Assembly (NCBI GenBank): GCA_963514005.1
Contig: OY740790.1
Location: 15,066,001-15,130,000, forward strand
Reading direction: 5' to 3'
From: Raja brachyura
Lineage: Eukaryota
Length of the DNA stretch: 64,000 bases
This document shows, piece by piece, positions 14,501 through 26,911 of the stretch. Every line of letters starts with the position of its first letter. Within the stretch, counting starts at the first letter, position 1. The position numbers and the translations under genes are program-made. The notes under the pieces are model-generated. The model did not search any database, had not been told where the DNA came from, and saw nothing but the letters and a program-made list of their open reading frames with translations.

Positions 14501-16590
14501 CTGAGTCCTGGCTTGCTGCAAGTACTTGATGTATCCACATGTATACAGAATCCATTAGTAACGCATTATTCCATTACATTTAAACAAAAAAAACACATTT
14601 AAATTTTTCTTTCAGTTAATTATTTTCTAAATAGTGGAGAATTGTGATGGGTACCTGTTTCACTTCATTGTTTCATTCATGATAAGATTTTAAAATGCAC
14701 AAAACAGTTAGATATTTTAAATGTGTGTGGAGTTTCAAGTGCTAACAATTAACTTATTTTCATTAAGGCTGCAATGATCAGATCTCCTCCCACATGTGAA
14801 AGCACTTTATTCTAATACATTATTTCTGCAGTGCACCTGTCTGAAATGTATTTTTCCCTGGAGAAAACAAATTATTGTAATTTTAATTTTATGCTTTTTA
14901 AAATCTGATTCACTTTTAAAATACATTGTTTATATATGCAAAATATGCTGATGTTGTGTAAAATCTGCTGAAACTGCATCCTGTTTAAGAATGTCGGTGA
15001 AATTGGTTACAAGAATCACATTACTACTGTTGAATCCTACAATGAAATATTGTAACTTTCCCCTTTCTCAGAGTACAAGTTATTTAGATACATATATTGA
15101 ATATCCAATGGCTTTGTCTTGAAATATCTCATAATGTTTCATGCACACAGAATACCTGGTGCTGCATTTAATATTAAAATATATCTCAAAGGAGGCTTTG
15201 CAAATTTTCAAAGTTTTCAAAATATCAGTTGACACATTTGAGCATATGAAAGGAACAAGAGCTTCTGCAACACTGCTATAGGATTGACTATAATTTGCAT
15301 TACAGTTACATTAACGTACAGCCACTTGACCAGGCAACCGGCTACAACAGTATAAACTTGGAGTTTTATTAAGCATAACACACAAATAATCTACAATTTT
15401 GAATAATAGATTTGGGATAAAGTTGGATCACATTTGCTGAATTGAAGTAAGTAAAGTTACCAAGCATCTGACTTGGTCTTGAATTCTGATCTCAACTATG
15501 TCTGATGCTATTTACTGTTCATGGCTGTTAAACTTTCAGCAGGTTGCTGTGTGGATTACGTGTTTCATTGTCATAAACGTATAATAATCTTCTATCACGT
15601 GTCTGGACTACAAAAGAATTCTGATCCAAGTTCATCCTACCAACCAAACCTGCTTATGGAACTTGAAAAAATGATCCTGTGAATAATTCCCATCCTCATA
15701 TATGCATAGCAATGCTTCCTCCCCCTCTGTATGCTTCTGAGATTTGGGCTACCTATAGGAAGCATCTTAAGACATAGAAACCATCAACACCATTGCTGCA
15801 GAATTCTCCAAATCCACTAGGGTAAGTAAATCAATAACAGCATTGTCAGTTAGATCAACATTGCCGCTCTCGTTACACTCAATCAGCTCTGCTTGGCAGG
15901 TCATGTTGTTCACAAACCCTACACATGACTCCTGAAATGTGCTATTCCGAGCTAAGTAACAGAACGTGATTATGGGGAGGTTAGGAGAAAAGATTAAAGG
16001 ATGTGACAAACCTCTGGGATATGTGGAGAAACATAACGTTCCCAGTAACTATTAGAAATCCTTTGCCATAACCAGTCAAAGTGGAGGAGGAATATTGTAA
16101 TGATACTGAGAAGATCAATGTAGTGTATTGAGAGTGCATGGTGCCCAGTGTAAACTGCTGGACAAGTGCACCACCAAAAATAAATTATCACTCAAGAATA
16201 TAGGACTGGTTGTACTTTTCTGAATCTGTTCATTTTGACGACGAACAGAGCTCATTTGCAACTGAAAATCATTGCCATGTACCAAATCATTGATGATGTC
16301 TCAGGCATTTATTAATTTCCTGAAATCAAATGTGAGATTCCCGACTAATTTTATTGAACCAATAGCTAAATCTCTATTTGAGAGACTGGGAGATGGGTTG
16401 GAGGGGGTTGATAGGAGGAAGTCTTTCTGGAAACACATTTTGTGGCAATAGAGATGAGAATGTCTTTACCAAAAAAATGATAACAATTTTTACATTGGTT
16501 TGTAGTTTAAAAAAAAAAGTTTATTTACATCTGACCCCAATCCATTGATGTTATTGCCAGAAGATACAATAACAAAATATTCTGTGCCTC

Positions 16591-17184
16591 TACTGACAAT
16601 AAAGAACGTTTGTGCAAGACTATTCAGCCTCTACACAAGTTTGGGAACTACTCTTCGCATATCAAGTCTGATCTTCGCTGCAGAAGCTGCCAATGGTCAC
16701 ACCCCTCCTGTATTTATCTGATACTTGGTCTGATAGTACGTGCTGTTCCAAAACATCCTAGATTTGAGGAAAGTGGCTAGAGTAATGGCAAGGCCCACAT
16801 CGATGCACTGTGGTAGACTTCCCCCTGAAAATCTTGAGGAAGCTCTGACAACTGGTAAAGCCTAACTGCAGCTCAGCCAGTGGTTGGAGTAGCTGGGGTT
16901 CTTAAATACCACTGATATTCAGACATGTATTATTAAAAATGAAATGAATAGATAGTTCTGATAAATACAGGTATGGAAATACAGGTATGGTGTGACCATT
17001 GGCAGGTACTGCAAAGAAGATCAGACCTGATATACAAAGCGTAGTTCACAAACTTGTGTAGAGAGGATAAATTGACTACAAATAGATGTACCAACGTTCT
17101 TTATTATTAGGGGGTTACACAAAAAGCTGGAACCCTCGATTCTCCAGCATCTGCAGTTCCTTCTTTAATTCTTTATTATTAGTA
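16591..17184. mobile_element. Long-inverted-repeat MITE, interrupted near its right end by a Penelope pLTR fragment
   Basis: Arms ~16591-16725 (TACTGACAATAAAGAACG..CTCTACACAAGTTTG..GCCAATGGTCACACC..TGTATTTATC) and ~16955-17184 are reverse complements; insert ~17112-17168 is flanked by TTCTTTATTATTAG direct repeats. Confidence 0.7.
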
Positions 17185-18685
17185 TTACTATCATAACATT
17201 ACCATACAGAACTCAAACTATTAAAGCAATCAATAAAATTAAATTAATTATGAAATAAGGATTTGACATTCACATCTCTACAATGCTAATCAGGAGCTGG
17301 AGATCCTGTTTGAGTTCTAAACTGGCAAACAATTGTTTTCCCTTCTCCCTCAATCCCAATGTAAATACTAATGAATCTTGGCAAGTCTAAAGTCTGCATT
17401 GAGTCGAGCTGCAGTTTGAAACAGCAGATATTGCATTATTTTAATCTGTTTTTGATTATGCAGTGAGAAATCCTGAACTTCCATTCATACAAGGAAATGT
17501 GAACTGTTTTGCCCAGTGTGCTGATTGCTGGCGACCTCTGGTGGTGTATAAAATGCAGATTGCTATCTTTAAAATTAATCTAAAGTTGGCAGTTATGCAG
17601 TGTGATTGATCTGGTGGTACCTACCACAGGACACCTTTTCTTTGTCGTTTTTTAAATTAAAAGGAACAAAACAAGGAGAAGCCATGTTACCTAAATGTGC
17701 ATCCTTCTGGGGAAAAAAGGAAAGTGTATTATATTGCAAAGTCTTTGGTACTTCATAGTCAGTGAATTATTTTTTAAATTCTGAATTATTTTTTAAATGC
17801 TGTTTTAGTCAATCTGCAACCACTGATCTGTCACAAGCAACAATGAGGTGTTTTACCAAGTCTACTTAATAATAATTGCAGAATTATTGCTTGCCAGGGC
17901 ACTGAGGTTTAAAGCAACTTTCTATAAATATTTAATAGAAATATTGGAGACATCATGCCCGGTTCATTGATTAACCACTCACGAGTTAGAACCCCAGGGG
18001 GTTAGAAACGTCAGGATATAATGAAGGTTAACACAACACCGCTATCACCACTTACACAAAATACAATCTGTTAAACAGAACCTTCACCGGCCCTCTGTTA
18101 TTTGTGTAAGAGCAGGGCAGGGGCATTCTTCAGGAAAAATCCGCCAGAACTGATATATATTTATAATCTGTGTTTAGCAAGGTTTTCTAGGACTATGCAA
18201 AGCACTAATTCCATTCTACCCCGGGCCAATCTCAAGGTTCCTTATAGCAATCTCATCCATTACTGACGGTCTCCATCTTCTACCCACTAAATAGGAGATG
18301 CTTGCTTGTAACATCATTATCTTTCCTATGGAATACTTGCTAAACACAGTCAGTTAAAAGTACAGATCTGTTCAGGGTACTTTTCCATGTTTTAGTATCC
18401 AGAATAAGAATAGAATGTCAGCCACTTCACCTTTCTGGTTGAATGACGGGTGACAGGTTTAATAGTCAAATCCTGTTATCTTTTTGAAATGCTGCTTTAA
18501 CAAATCCCCCCCCCCCCCCCCCCCCCCAGACAAACAGTCTGAAGAAGGGTCTCGACCCGAACCGTCACCCTATCCTTCCCTCCAGAGATGCCGCCTGTCC
18601 CGCTGAATTACAACAGCATTATGCGTCTATCTTTAGTTTTTTTGTTTAAATATCAACTTGTGTCCCTTTCTGCTTTCACTTGCTG

Positions 18686-18772
18686 GCTTGAAATCACCGT
18701 CCGTGACTGGAATGCAAGTTTACCTTTGTCAAAGGTAAACGTGCATTCCAGTCACTGACGGTGATTTCAAGC
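18686..18772. repeat. Near-perfect 87-bp palindrome
   Basis: 43-nt arms with 2 mismatches around a single central T. Confidence 0.9.
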
Positions 18773-20020
18773 TTGTGTACCAGCCAGTAAAACCATCAAG
18801 GTCTTCCTGCTGCAGCCATTGTTTGTTGTCTGATTATGATGCCAGCATCTGACTCAGCTGAAGTGTAACTAGGGTTACCAACTTTCTCACCCGCAAGTAA
18901 GGGGGAGAAAGGTCAAGATAAGGGACAAATTCCCGACAGCAAAAAATACAGAAGGCCTTCGTCGAGTCAACGCTGACGGGCTTTTTTTGCTTCCCATTGC
19001 TTGTTATAGCTGCACAATCTTTTTTGCAGGTTTATCCATATTTGTACATGCCAAACCGACCAAACAACACCAGACGTTACTGAAACTTTTTGGTTCGGCA
19101 GGAATCGGCAAAATATAGCATACAACTGATGCGCATAAGGGGGACCGTGATTGGATGACGGGTGAATCACTCGTGCGCGACATCAACAGTACATCTAACA
19201 CGCACGCACGCTGTTGTATCAAATCTAATATCTGTCTGTAAGTGTGCCCTCTGGTGATTACAATGTACCGCTGCTCCTCGACTTGCTATGCTTCGACTTA
19301 TTTTGACTTTACGATGGTGCAAAAGCGAGACACATTCAGTAGAAACCGTACTTCACTAGCCTGGCCTCGTGGCAGCATTGGGTTGCGTTGATAATTTAAG
19401 CGTCTTGGTGTTAGGTCGATTGAGTCAGCTGTTTTGTATGCGAGGTATCTGAGATGAAGAGAGAGCTGGAGAGAGAAAAAAATGAGAGAATATATATATG
19501 TGTATATATACATATGTGTACATATATATATATACACGTGTGTGTGTATATATATAGGACCGAAGAAGAGGCTAGCGTACGGCGAGATTTTGCAGGGAGA
19601 TCAGAGGACCGTGATAGCCTTTCCGTGGGAGGAAGTGACGAGGGAGGGACTTGTGAGGAATCTTGCAGGAGGCAACAGATCTGATGAGCCGGTTGATAAA
19701 ATCTCAGAGCTGTTACCTGCTGTGACAATTCGCCATGTGTTCACTCCTGCAGGGGCTGGCACTTGGGAAATTTAAGGGACGCCAGTGCTCAGGGAATTGG
19801 TGAGCGCTCAGACCGAACAGGGGCGTTGGTGGGAGTGGGGTGGGCGGTTGAGAGACGCCAAAGAGCTTTCATAATTAAAATGTGGAAATTAAAAACATTC
19901 CCAGAGGCAGAGGACTGAAGAGGAGGGGGAGTGGGAGGGGGTGGGGAAATAATCAGGAGAATGAAATCCCACAAGTGCCTGGCGGTTAGGTGTGTTAAAT
20001 GCATTTTCGACTTACGATAT

Positions 20021-22725
20021 TGTAGACGAGGTCAGGAAAAGGCCAGATGCTAGGCAGGTTTAAACAGTAGTCCTTTAATCCCTACAGCGAGAGCACACCA
20101 GACACACTGAGAGCACACACCCAGGGGTGGTCAGGAAACCCCGTGGCCGACCAACGCCCCCGTCACTCAATCGGCAAGGGGGATGATCCAAGGAGTGGCC
20201 TACCCCCCAGGGACAGCCACAGGACACCCCCAAGTACCTGAGGCACAAAACAGACAGGAGGACGTACACGACGACCAACCCGGGTGTACACCATGCTCAG
20301 CACAGGAACGGGCAACTGACCAACAGGTGCAGGAGACGGAGTAGCCAGAGTGGGAGGTACCCTAGACAGAGGGCGCCCTCGCTTATGGGGCCGCGCTACC
20401 AGCACCGGCTGATCAATATCAATATATGCCGGTTTCAGCCGCGCAACTGAAAGTCTCATGCCGACCCACACATGTCCAGGACGAAAGTGGACACGCCATG
20501 TTCCAGGACCCGGGAGGGACCCTCGTACGGCCGCTGGAGAGGTGTCTTATGCGTATCCCTACGCAGGAAGATTAACTGCCAGTCCTCCAGAGCAGAGGGA
20601 ACGTGCAAACGGAAGGACCCATGATGAGACGTGCCTGCTGAAGAAGGCGAGTGGCTGCCAGCATCCGTCAACTTGCTGTTCCAACACTGCCCCAACCATT
20701 ACCTCAGAAGCGTCCATCGTCAGGGCGGTCGGGGCGACCTCTTGTAGGTGGATGAGCATCGTGGCCTCAGCCAGTGCCTCCTTAGCCCTCTCAAACGCCG
20801 CTGTTGCTTCCACGGACCACTCAACCTCCCTGCGATGACCAGCCATCTGGTATAAAAGCGGACGCATGACTGCGGCTGCTGCTGGCAGGAAACGGTGATA
20901 AAAGGTGACTATTCCCACGAATTCCTGTAGGCCCTTAACTGTGGTCGGATGGGGGAACCTGTGAACAGCGTCCACCCTGGCGGGCAGAGGCACCACCCCC
21001 TGTGGAGTTATGCGGTGGCCGAGTAAGTCAATAGCCGTCACCCCCGAAACGGCACTTAGACGAGTTGATGGACAACCCAAAGTCGCTGAGTCGCTGACAC
21101 GGCTGATGGAGGTGGATGCAGTGCTCCTGCCGTGAGCGACTGGCCATGAGTATGCCGTCCATTAGAAAAAGACGAAGTCCAGGCAGCGGCACACACAGTC
21201 CATAAGCTGCTGAAAGGCCTGCGCAGCGTTCTTCAACCCAAATGGCATCCGTACATATTCGAATAGACCAAATGCCGTTATAATGGCCGTCTTCGGGATT
21301 ACGTCGGGCGGACCAATGTTCTGGCCAGATGGGCGTTGAAGTCCTGGATGTGCGGGACCGGGTACCTGTCGGCGACGGTCGCATCGTTCAGGCGATGGTA
21401 ATCCCCACACGGGCGCCAGCCCCGTCCGCCTTGGAGACCATGTGGAGCGGTGACGCCCATGGGCTATCGGAGGGACGCACGATGCCCATCTCCTCCATCA
21501 GGTGGAACTCCTCCCGAGCCAAACTAAGCTTATCTGGCGCGGTACGACGTGCTCGGGCGTGCACAAGCGGGCCGGTAGTAGAGATATGGTGCTCCACCCC
21601 GTGCTTGGGGGTGGAGGAGCGGTGTGGGGTTCAAGGATGTCAGGGAAATCCGCCAGGATGCGTGCGAAAGTCGCATCCACAGGGGGCCATCAGGGCGTGA
21701 TACGGGATCACCAATGGGGACGAAGACCGGCTCCAGCGTGACGGAGTGCATCAGGCGCCGCTTGACATCCACGAGTAGCGAATGGCCTCGAAGGAAGTCG
21801 GCGCCCAGCAGCGGCTGGGAAACGTCAGCAATGATGAACTCCCACGAAAAGGAGCTGCGGCCAAAGTTGAGGGAGATGGTGCGAAACCCGTAGGTGCGAA
21901 TAGCACTCCTGTTCGCCGCGGTGAGGAGGGGCCCATGTTTGCCCGCACGGATGTCAACGATGGAGGGAGGCAGGACACTCACTTCTGCACCCATGTCCAC
22001 GAGGAATCGACCTCCAATGCGGTGATCCCAGGCGAAGACGCAATGAATTTTGCCGGCTACCGAAGGAATCACTGACGACCGGCCCCTTCGTTTCCCTGGA
22101 ATGAACAGGGTGGGTGACATTGCCTGGCTGCAACTCCCCAGCGACAGTGGTTAAAGCACCAACCCCCTCTGCTGGCGTCTGGTGGAACTGCAGACCAATT
22201 TGGCTGGTTTGAATGTCAGCGACCTCTGCTGGCGTTGGGTGGAATGGGAGGCGAAGTTGGTTGGGTTGAACACCAGCAATCTCTGCTGGCGTTGGGTGGA
22301 ACTGCAGGCGAGCCCTGCTGGAAGGACGTGCCTGCAGTGGAATGCTCAATGGCAGCCGGATTTTGCCGCGAGGGCCGTCTGGGAGCAGTGGAGACGCGGT
22401 CGATAACGGCTCCGACCTGCTCTGAGCCTCCAACCGTCACGGAAGGACGGTCAGCGCTTCCAGGTTTTGCTGGTGAGACATCCACAGCTCGTGGGCCTGC
22501 TCGCTCAGCACCTGCATGTTAGTAAAGGGCTCCCTGGCGAGCTGCAGGCGGATGCAAGGCAGGTTTAAACAGTAGCCCTTTAATCCCTGCAGCGAGAGCA
22601 CACCACACACACTGAGAGCACACACCCAGGGGTGGTCAGGAAACCCCGTGGCAGACCAATGCCCTTGTCACTCAATCGGCGAGGGGGATGATCCAAGGGT
22701 GGCCTACCCCCCAGGGACCACCACA
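20021..22725 (-). mobile_element. Internally deleted Gypsy LTR retrotransposon (decayed PR-RT-RH, integrase GPY/F tail)
   Basis: LTRs 20021-20221 and ~22550-22725 (TG..CA); 4-bp TSD ATAT; PPT-like GGGGGTGTCC; peptides FLVDMGAEVSVLP, SPWASPLHMV, KTAIITAFGLFEYVRMPFGLKNAAQAFQ, LTMDASEVMVGAVLEQ, PLQRPYEGP; frameshifted; gag and integrase core largely missing. Confidence 0.93.
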
Positions 22726-22761
22726 ATATTTTAGATTTAAGATGGGTTTATCGGAACGTAA

Positions 22762-23220
22762 CAATAGACAATAGGTGCAGGAGTAGGCCATTCGGACCTT
22801 CGAGCCAGCAATTCAATGATCATGGCTGATCATCCCCAATCAATACCCTGTTCCTGCCTTCTCATATCCCCTGACTACGCTATCTTTAAAAGCCCTATCA
22901 AGCTCTCTTGAAAGTATCCAGAGAACCGGCCTCCACCGCCCTCTGAGGCAGAGAATTCCACACTCACAGCTCTCTGTGATAAAAGATGTTTCCTCGTCTC
23001 CCTTCTAAATGCCTTAACCCTTATTCTTAAACTGTGGCCCCTGGTTATGAACTTCCCCAACATTGGGAACATGTTTCCTACCTCTACCGTGTCCAAACCC
23101 TTCTTATATGTTTCAATAAGACATCCTCTCATCCTTCCAAACTCCAGAGTATACAAGCCCAGCCGCTCCATCCTCTCAGCATATGACAGTCCCGCCATCC
23201 CGGGAATTAACCTTGTAAAT
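22762..23220 (-). mobile_element. CR1 LINE 3' fragment
   Basis: RFTRLIPGMAGLSYAERMERLGLYTLE..TRGHSLRIR; 3' UTR with GCCTACTCCTGCACCTATTGTCTATTG tail. Confidence 0.88.
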
Positions 23221-24189
23221 CTATCCCATCGTAGTTTGAGGAGCACCTGCTAGTAGCAGTCAAATACGGGACAAAGGCGGTCTCGTATGGGACAAACCAA
23301 TTTAGCCCAATATACGGGATGTCCCGGCTAATACGCGACAGTTGGCAACTCTAAGTGTAACCCTCAGCAAGAGGAGGTCCTCACGCTGGATGCAACAAGA
23401 TTTAGAAATAACTAAATAATGTTCAGACTTTATGTTAATCAGATATAGAGAGCCAGTATTTTAAAAGTACTACGTTTTACCATCGATTGTGAAGCACAGA
23501 ATAACACAGGGGTCATTATCCTGAGCTGCATCATAACCGGATCTCGCATTAGTTATGTGTTGAAGAACCCAGGTCAAGGTAGATGTGTTTAATTTTCTGC
23601 CCATGAAGCCATTGTTTTAATAGGTTCATGCCACAACATAATAGCCATGGGTTACACAAAAAGCTGGAGAAACTCAGCGGGTGCAGCAGCATCTATGGAG
23701 CGAAGGAGATAGGCGACGTTTCGTGTCAAAACCCTTCTTCAGATAGCCATGGGAATGTGATGTAAGGCTATGTTCATGGATTCCTGAATGTTAGGCCAAA
23801 AGGTGTCCTCAGTGATAGGTCAAGCTTTGATAAGAAAAATGTCGCTACTAAAACCAGGTTAAAAAAGTAAGATTAGTCTTCAATTTCCTACATGGAGTTA
23901 AAGGAAGAACTTGTGGATGTGCGAACATTATATCCAACTGTTGTGTTTGGTAACTCACTGGATTCAGATAACGGATTTTGATTCACTACTACACTACACC
24001 AACATAAAATCTCCTGCCATTAGCAATAAATGAGGTATTACTGTAAGTTAGAAAGCAGCATTATGCACAGAAGAATCATATAATTCAACACAGACAATGT
24101 GTGTCAAAGGGCCTGTTGCTTTTATGTTTTCTATTGTGACCTGGGCAAAGGCAGCCCTTGTCAGCCCAGCTGCTGGTGTATAGGTAAAT

Positions 24190-25089
24190 AGGGAGGTTTC
24201 ACGGCAGTCGGGTCACGACCCATGACCCGCACTGTTGCTACGCTACGCCGAGTGGAGTACACGTGATGAACTGCAGGTAAGCACTGACCATTGTTTCCAG
24301 CGTAGCGGGCCCGTTAAAACCCGCCGAAATTGTCAATTTTTGCGCTGTAAATAATTATGGAAATCGGGATAAGCGTGAGAGACATTTAGCCTACATCAGA
24401 ATTCCAAAAGTGAGGAGAAATGACGGTAGATAGAAGTGAGAGCTGAAGGGACAACAACAGCCAAAGTGCTTGGCGAACATTGGCCGTTTGCTCACTGCAT
24501 TTCATCAACTAAGGCATTATTTGTGTTTTTTCTTGAGTCCTTTGGCATCTAAAAACTTTCAGAAGTGATAAATCTGGCTGTAACATTTTTAAATCGCCCA
24601 TGGTTCGCAAGTGGGTTTTTACATACAAAAAGAAAACGGCTCTGAAGCAAAATTTACAGCCAGATGTATTACTTCTGAGACGTTTTAGACACCAAAGGAA
24701 TCAAGAAAAACCACAAATAATGCCTTACTGTTGATGAAATGCAGTGAGCAAACGCGATCATTCCCGAAATTTTCAATTCTGATATCTGCACGGCCAATGT
24801 TCGCCGAGCACTTTAATGGTTGTTGTCCCTTCAGCTCTCGCTTCTCTTTACCTTCATTTCCCTTCACTTTTGCAATTCTGAAGTTGGGTACATGTCTCTC
24901 ACGCTTACCCCGACTTCCACAATTTTTTACAGTGCAAAAATCCAACATTTTGGCTGTTTTTAACAGGTAGGAAAGTACGCGTTTCTTGCATTAATAATAT
25001 ATACGGGAAGTTACGAATGTCCTCCAGATGGATTGAGCGGCTCCGTGCTTCAAGCCCTGTGACCCAGTGACCTTACATGCAAACCCCCT
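24190..25089. mobile_element. ISL2EU/Harbinger-like non-autonomous DNA transposon with two inverted THAP-domain exons
   Basis: at|AGGGAGGTTTCAC ... TGCAAACCCCCT|at (imperfect TIR, AT flanks); inverted arms ~24311-24556 and ~24683-24967; minus arm translates MLDFCTVKNCGSR..FRI..ANIGR..RVCSLHF followed by a gtaag donor. Confidence 0.65.
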
Positions 25090-25191
25090 ATAGGAAGGAT
25101 TCAAAATAGCAGTGTCTAAGGGTGCTGGTGAGCAGGCTGGGGTCTTGCCTCCGGCTTCCCTGAGGAGGCTTTGGGTATTCCGAGATTCCGC

Positions 25192-26686
25192 TATAATTGT
25201 GAAGCGGAAGGAAAATGATACATGGTTTTCAATTTTTTTTACAAATCAAAAACTGAAAAGTGTGGCATGCAAAAGTATTCAGCTGCCTTTACTCTGATAC
25301 CCCTAAATAAAATCCAGTGCAACCAATTGCGTTCAGAAGTCACCTAATTAGTAAATAGAGTCCACTTGTGTGTAATCTAATCTCAGCATAAATACAGCTG
25401 TTCTGTGAAGGCCTCAGAGGTTTGTTAGAGAACATTAATGAACAAACAGCATCATGAAGCCCAAGGAACACACCAGCCAGGTCAGGGATAAAGTTGTGGA
25501 GAAGTTTAAAGCAGGGTTAGGTTATAAAAAAATATCCCAAGCTTTGAACATCTCACGGAGCACTGTTCAATCCATCATCCGAAAATGGAAAGAGTATGGC
25601 ACAACTGCAAACCTACCAAGACATGGCCGTCCACGTAAACTGACAGGCCGGGCAAGAAGAGCATTGATCAGAGAAGCAGCCAAGAGGCCCATGGTAACTC
25701 TGGAGGAGCTGCAGAGATCCACAGCTTAGGTGGGAGAATCTGTCCACAGGACAACTATTAGTCGTGCACTCCACAAATCGGGCCTTTATGGAAGTGGCAA
25801 GAAGCAAGCCATTGTTGAAACAAAGCCATAAGAAGTCCCGTTTGCCGTTTGCCACAAGCCATGTGGGGGACACAGCAAACATGTGGAGGAAGGTGCTCTG
25901 GTCTGATGAGACCAAAATTGAAGTATTTGGCCTAAATGCAAAACGCTATGTGTGGCGGAAAGCTAACACTGCACATCACCCTGAACACGCCATCCCCACT
26001 GTGAAACATGGTGGTGGCAGCATCATGCAATGGGGATGCTTTTCTTCAGCAGGGACAGGGAGAGCTGGTCAGAGTTGATGGGAAGATGGATGGAGCCAAA
26101 TACAGGGCAATCTTGGAAGAAAACCTGTTAGAGTGTGCAAAAGACGAGACTGGGGCGGAGGTTCACCTTCCAGCAGGACAACGACCCTAAACATACAGCC
26201 AGAGCTACAATGGAATGGTTTAGATCAAAGCATATTCATGTGTTAGAATGGCCCAGTCAAAGTCCGGACCTAAATCCAATTGAGAATCTCTGGCAAGACT
26301 TGAAAATTGCTGTTCACAGACGCTCTCCATCCAATCTGACTGAGCTTGAGCTATTTTGCAAAGAAGAATGGGCAAAAAATTCACTCTAGATGTGCAAAGC
26401 TGGTAGAGACATACCTCAAAAGACTTGCAGCTGTAATTGCAGTGAAACGTGGTTCTACAAAGTATTGACTCAGGGGAGCTGAATACTTTTGCACGCCACA
26501 CTTTTCAGTTTTTTATTTGTAATAAAATTTGGAAACCATGTATCATTTTCCTTCCATTTCACAATTATGCACCACTTTGTGTTGGTCTATCACATAAAAT
26601 CCCAATAAAATACATTTACGTTTGTGGTTGTAACGTGACAAAATGTGGAAAAGTTCAAGGGGTATGAAAACTTTTGCAAGCCACTG
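25192..26686 (+). mobile_element. Tc1 (DD34E, Passport-like) transposon with pseudogenised transposase; left TIR truncated
   Basis: Transposase from 25454 ([50 protein letters not shown]) with a stop and frameshifts; 34 residues between D and E; ~200-bp right TIR ends GCAAGCCACTG|ta. Confidence 0.93.
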
Positions 26687-26702
26687 TATATGTAAAAATA
26701 TA

Positions 26703-26911
26703 TATGGAAACAGGCCCTTCCGCCCACCAGGTCCACACCGACCAGCAATCTATCATACACCAATTGAATCCATCAGGCCAGGGACAATTTACAGAAGCCA
26801 ATTAACCTACAAACCTGCACTTCTTTCGGATATGGGAGAAACCAGAATATCCAGAGAAAACCCATGTCGTAGTAAGGCAGCAACTCTACCGCTGCACCAC
26901 CGTGCCACCCC
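26703..26911 (-). mobile_element. tRNA-derived V-SINE (HE1-like), partial
   Basis: Reverse complement of GGTGGCACGGTGGTGCAGCGGTAGAGTTGCTGCCTTAC head and GAAGGGCCTGTTTCC tail. Confidence 0.7.

Larger units (their letters stand above)
19268..23249. mobile_element. Tigger/pogo (MER47/Tigger5-like) non-autonomous element inside the hAT
   Basis: ta|CCGCTGCTCCTCGACTT..TTTACGATGGTGCAAAAGCG..CATTCAGTAGAAACCGTACTTC at left. Right end TAAATGCATTTTCGACTTACGATAT..GATGGGTTTATCGGAACGTAAC..CCCATCGTAG..GAGGAGCACCTG is split by Gypsy and CR1 insertions. Confidence 0.7.
18870..23353. mobile_element. Non-autonomous hAT (Blackjack/Tip100-like termini) element, outer shell of a nest
   Basis: TIRs TAGGGTTACCAACT / AGTTGGCAACTCTA; perfect 8-bp TSD AGTGTAAC (18862-18869, 23354-23361); subterminal GGGACA repeats. 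Confidence 0.85.

Noticed and set aside
19454-19775. ORFs across the (TA)/(TG) microsatellite
   Set aside because: Low-complexity translation of a simple repeat inside a transposon.
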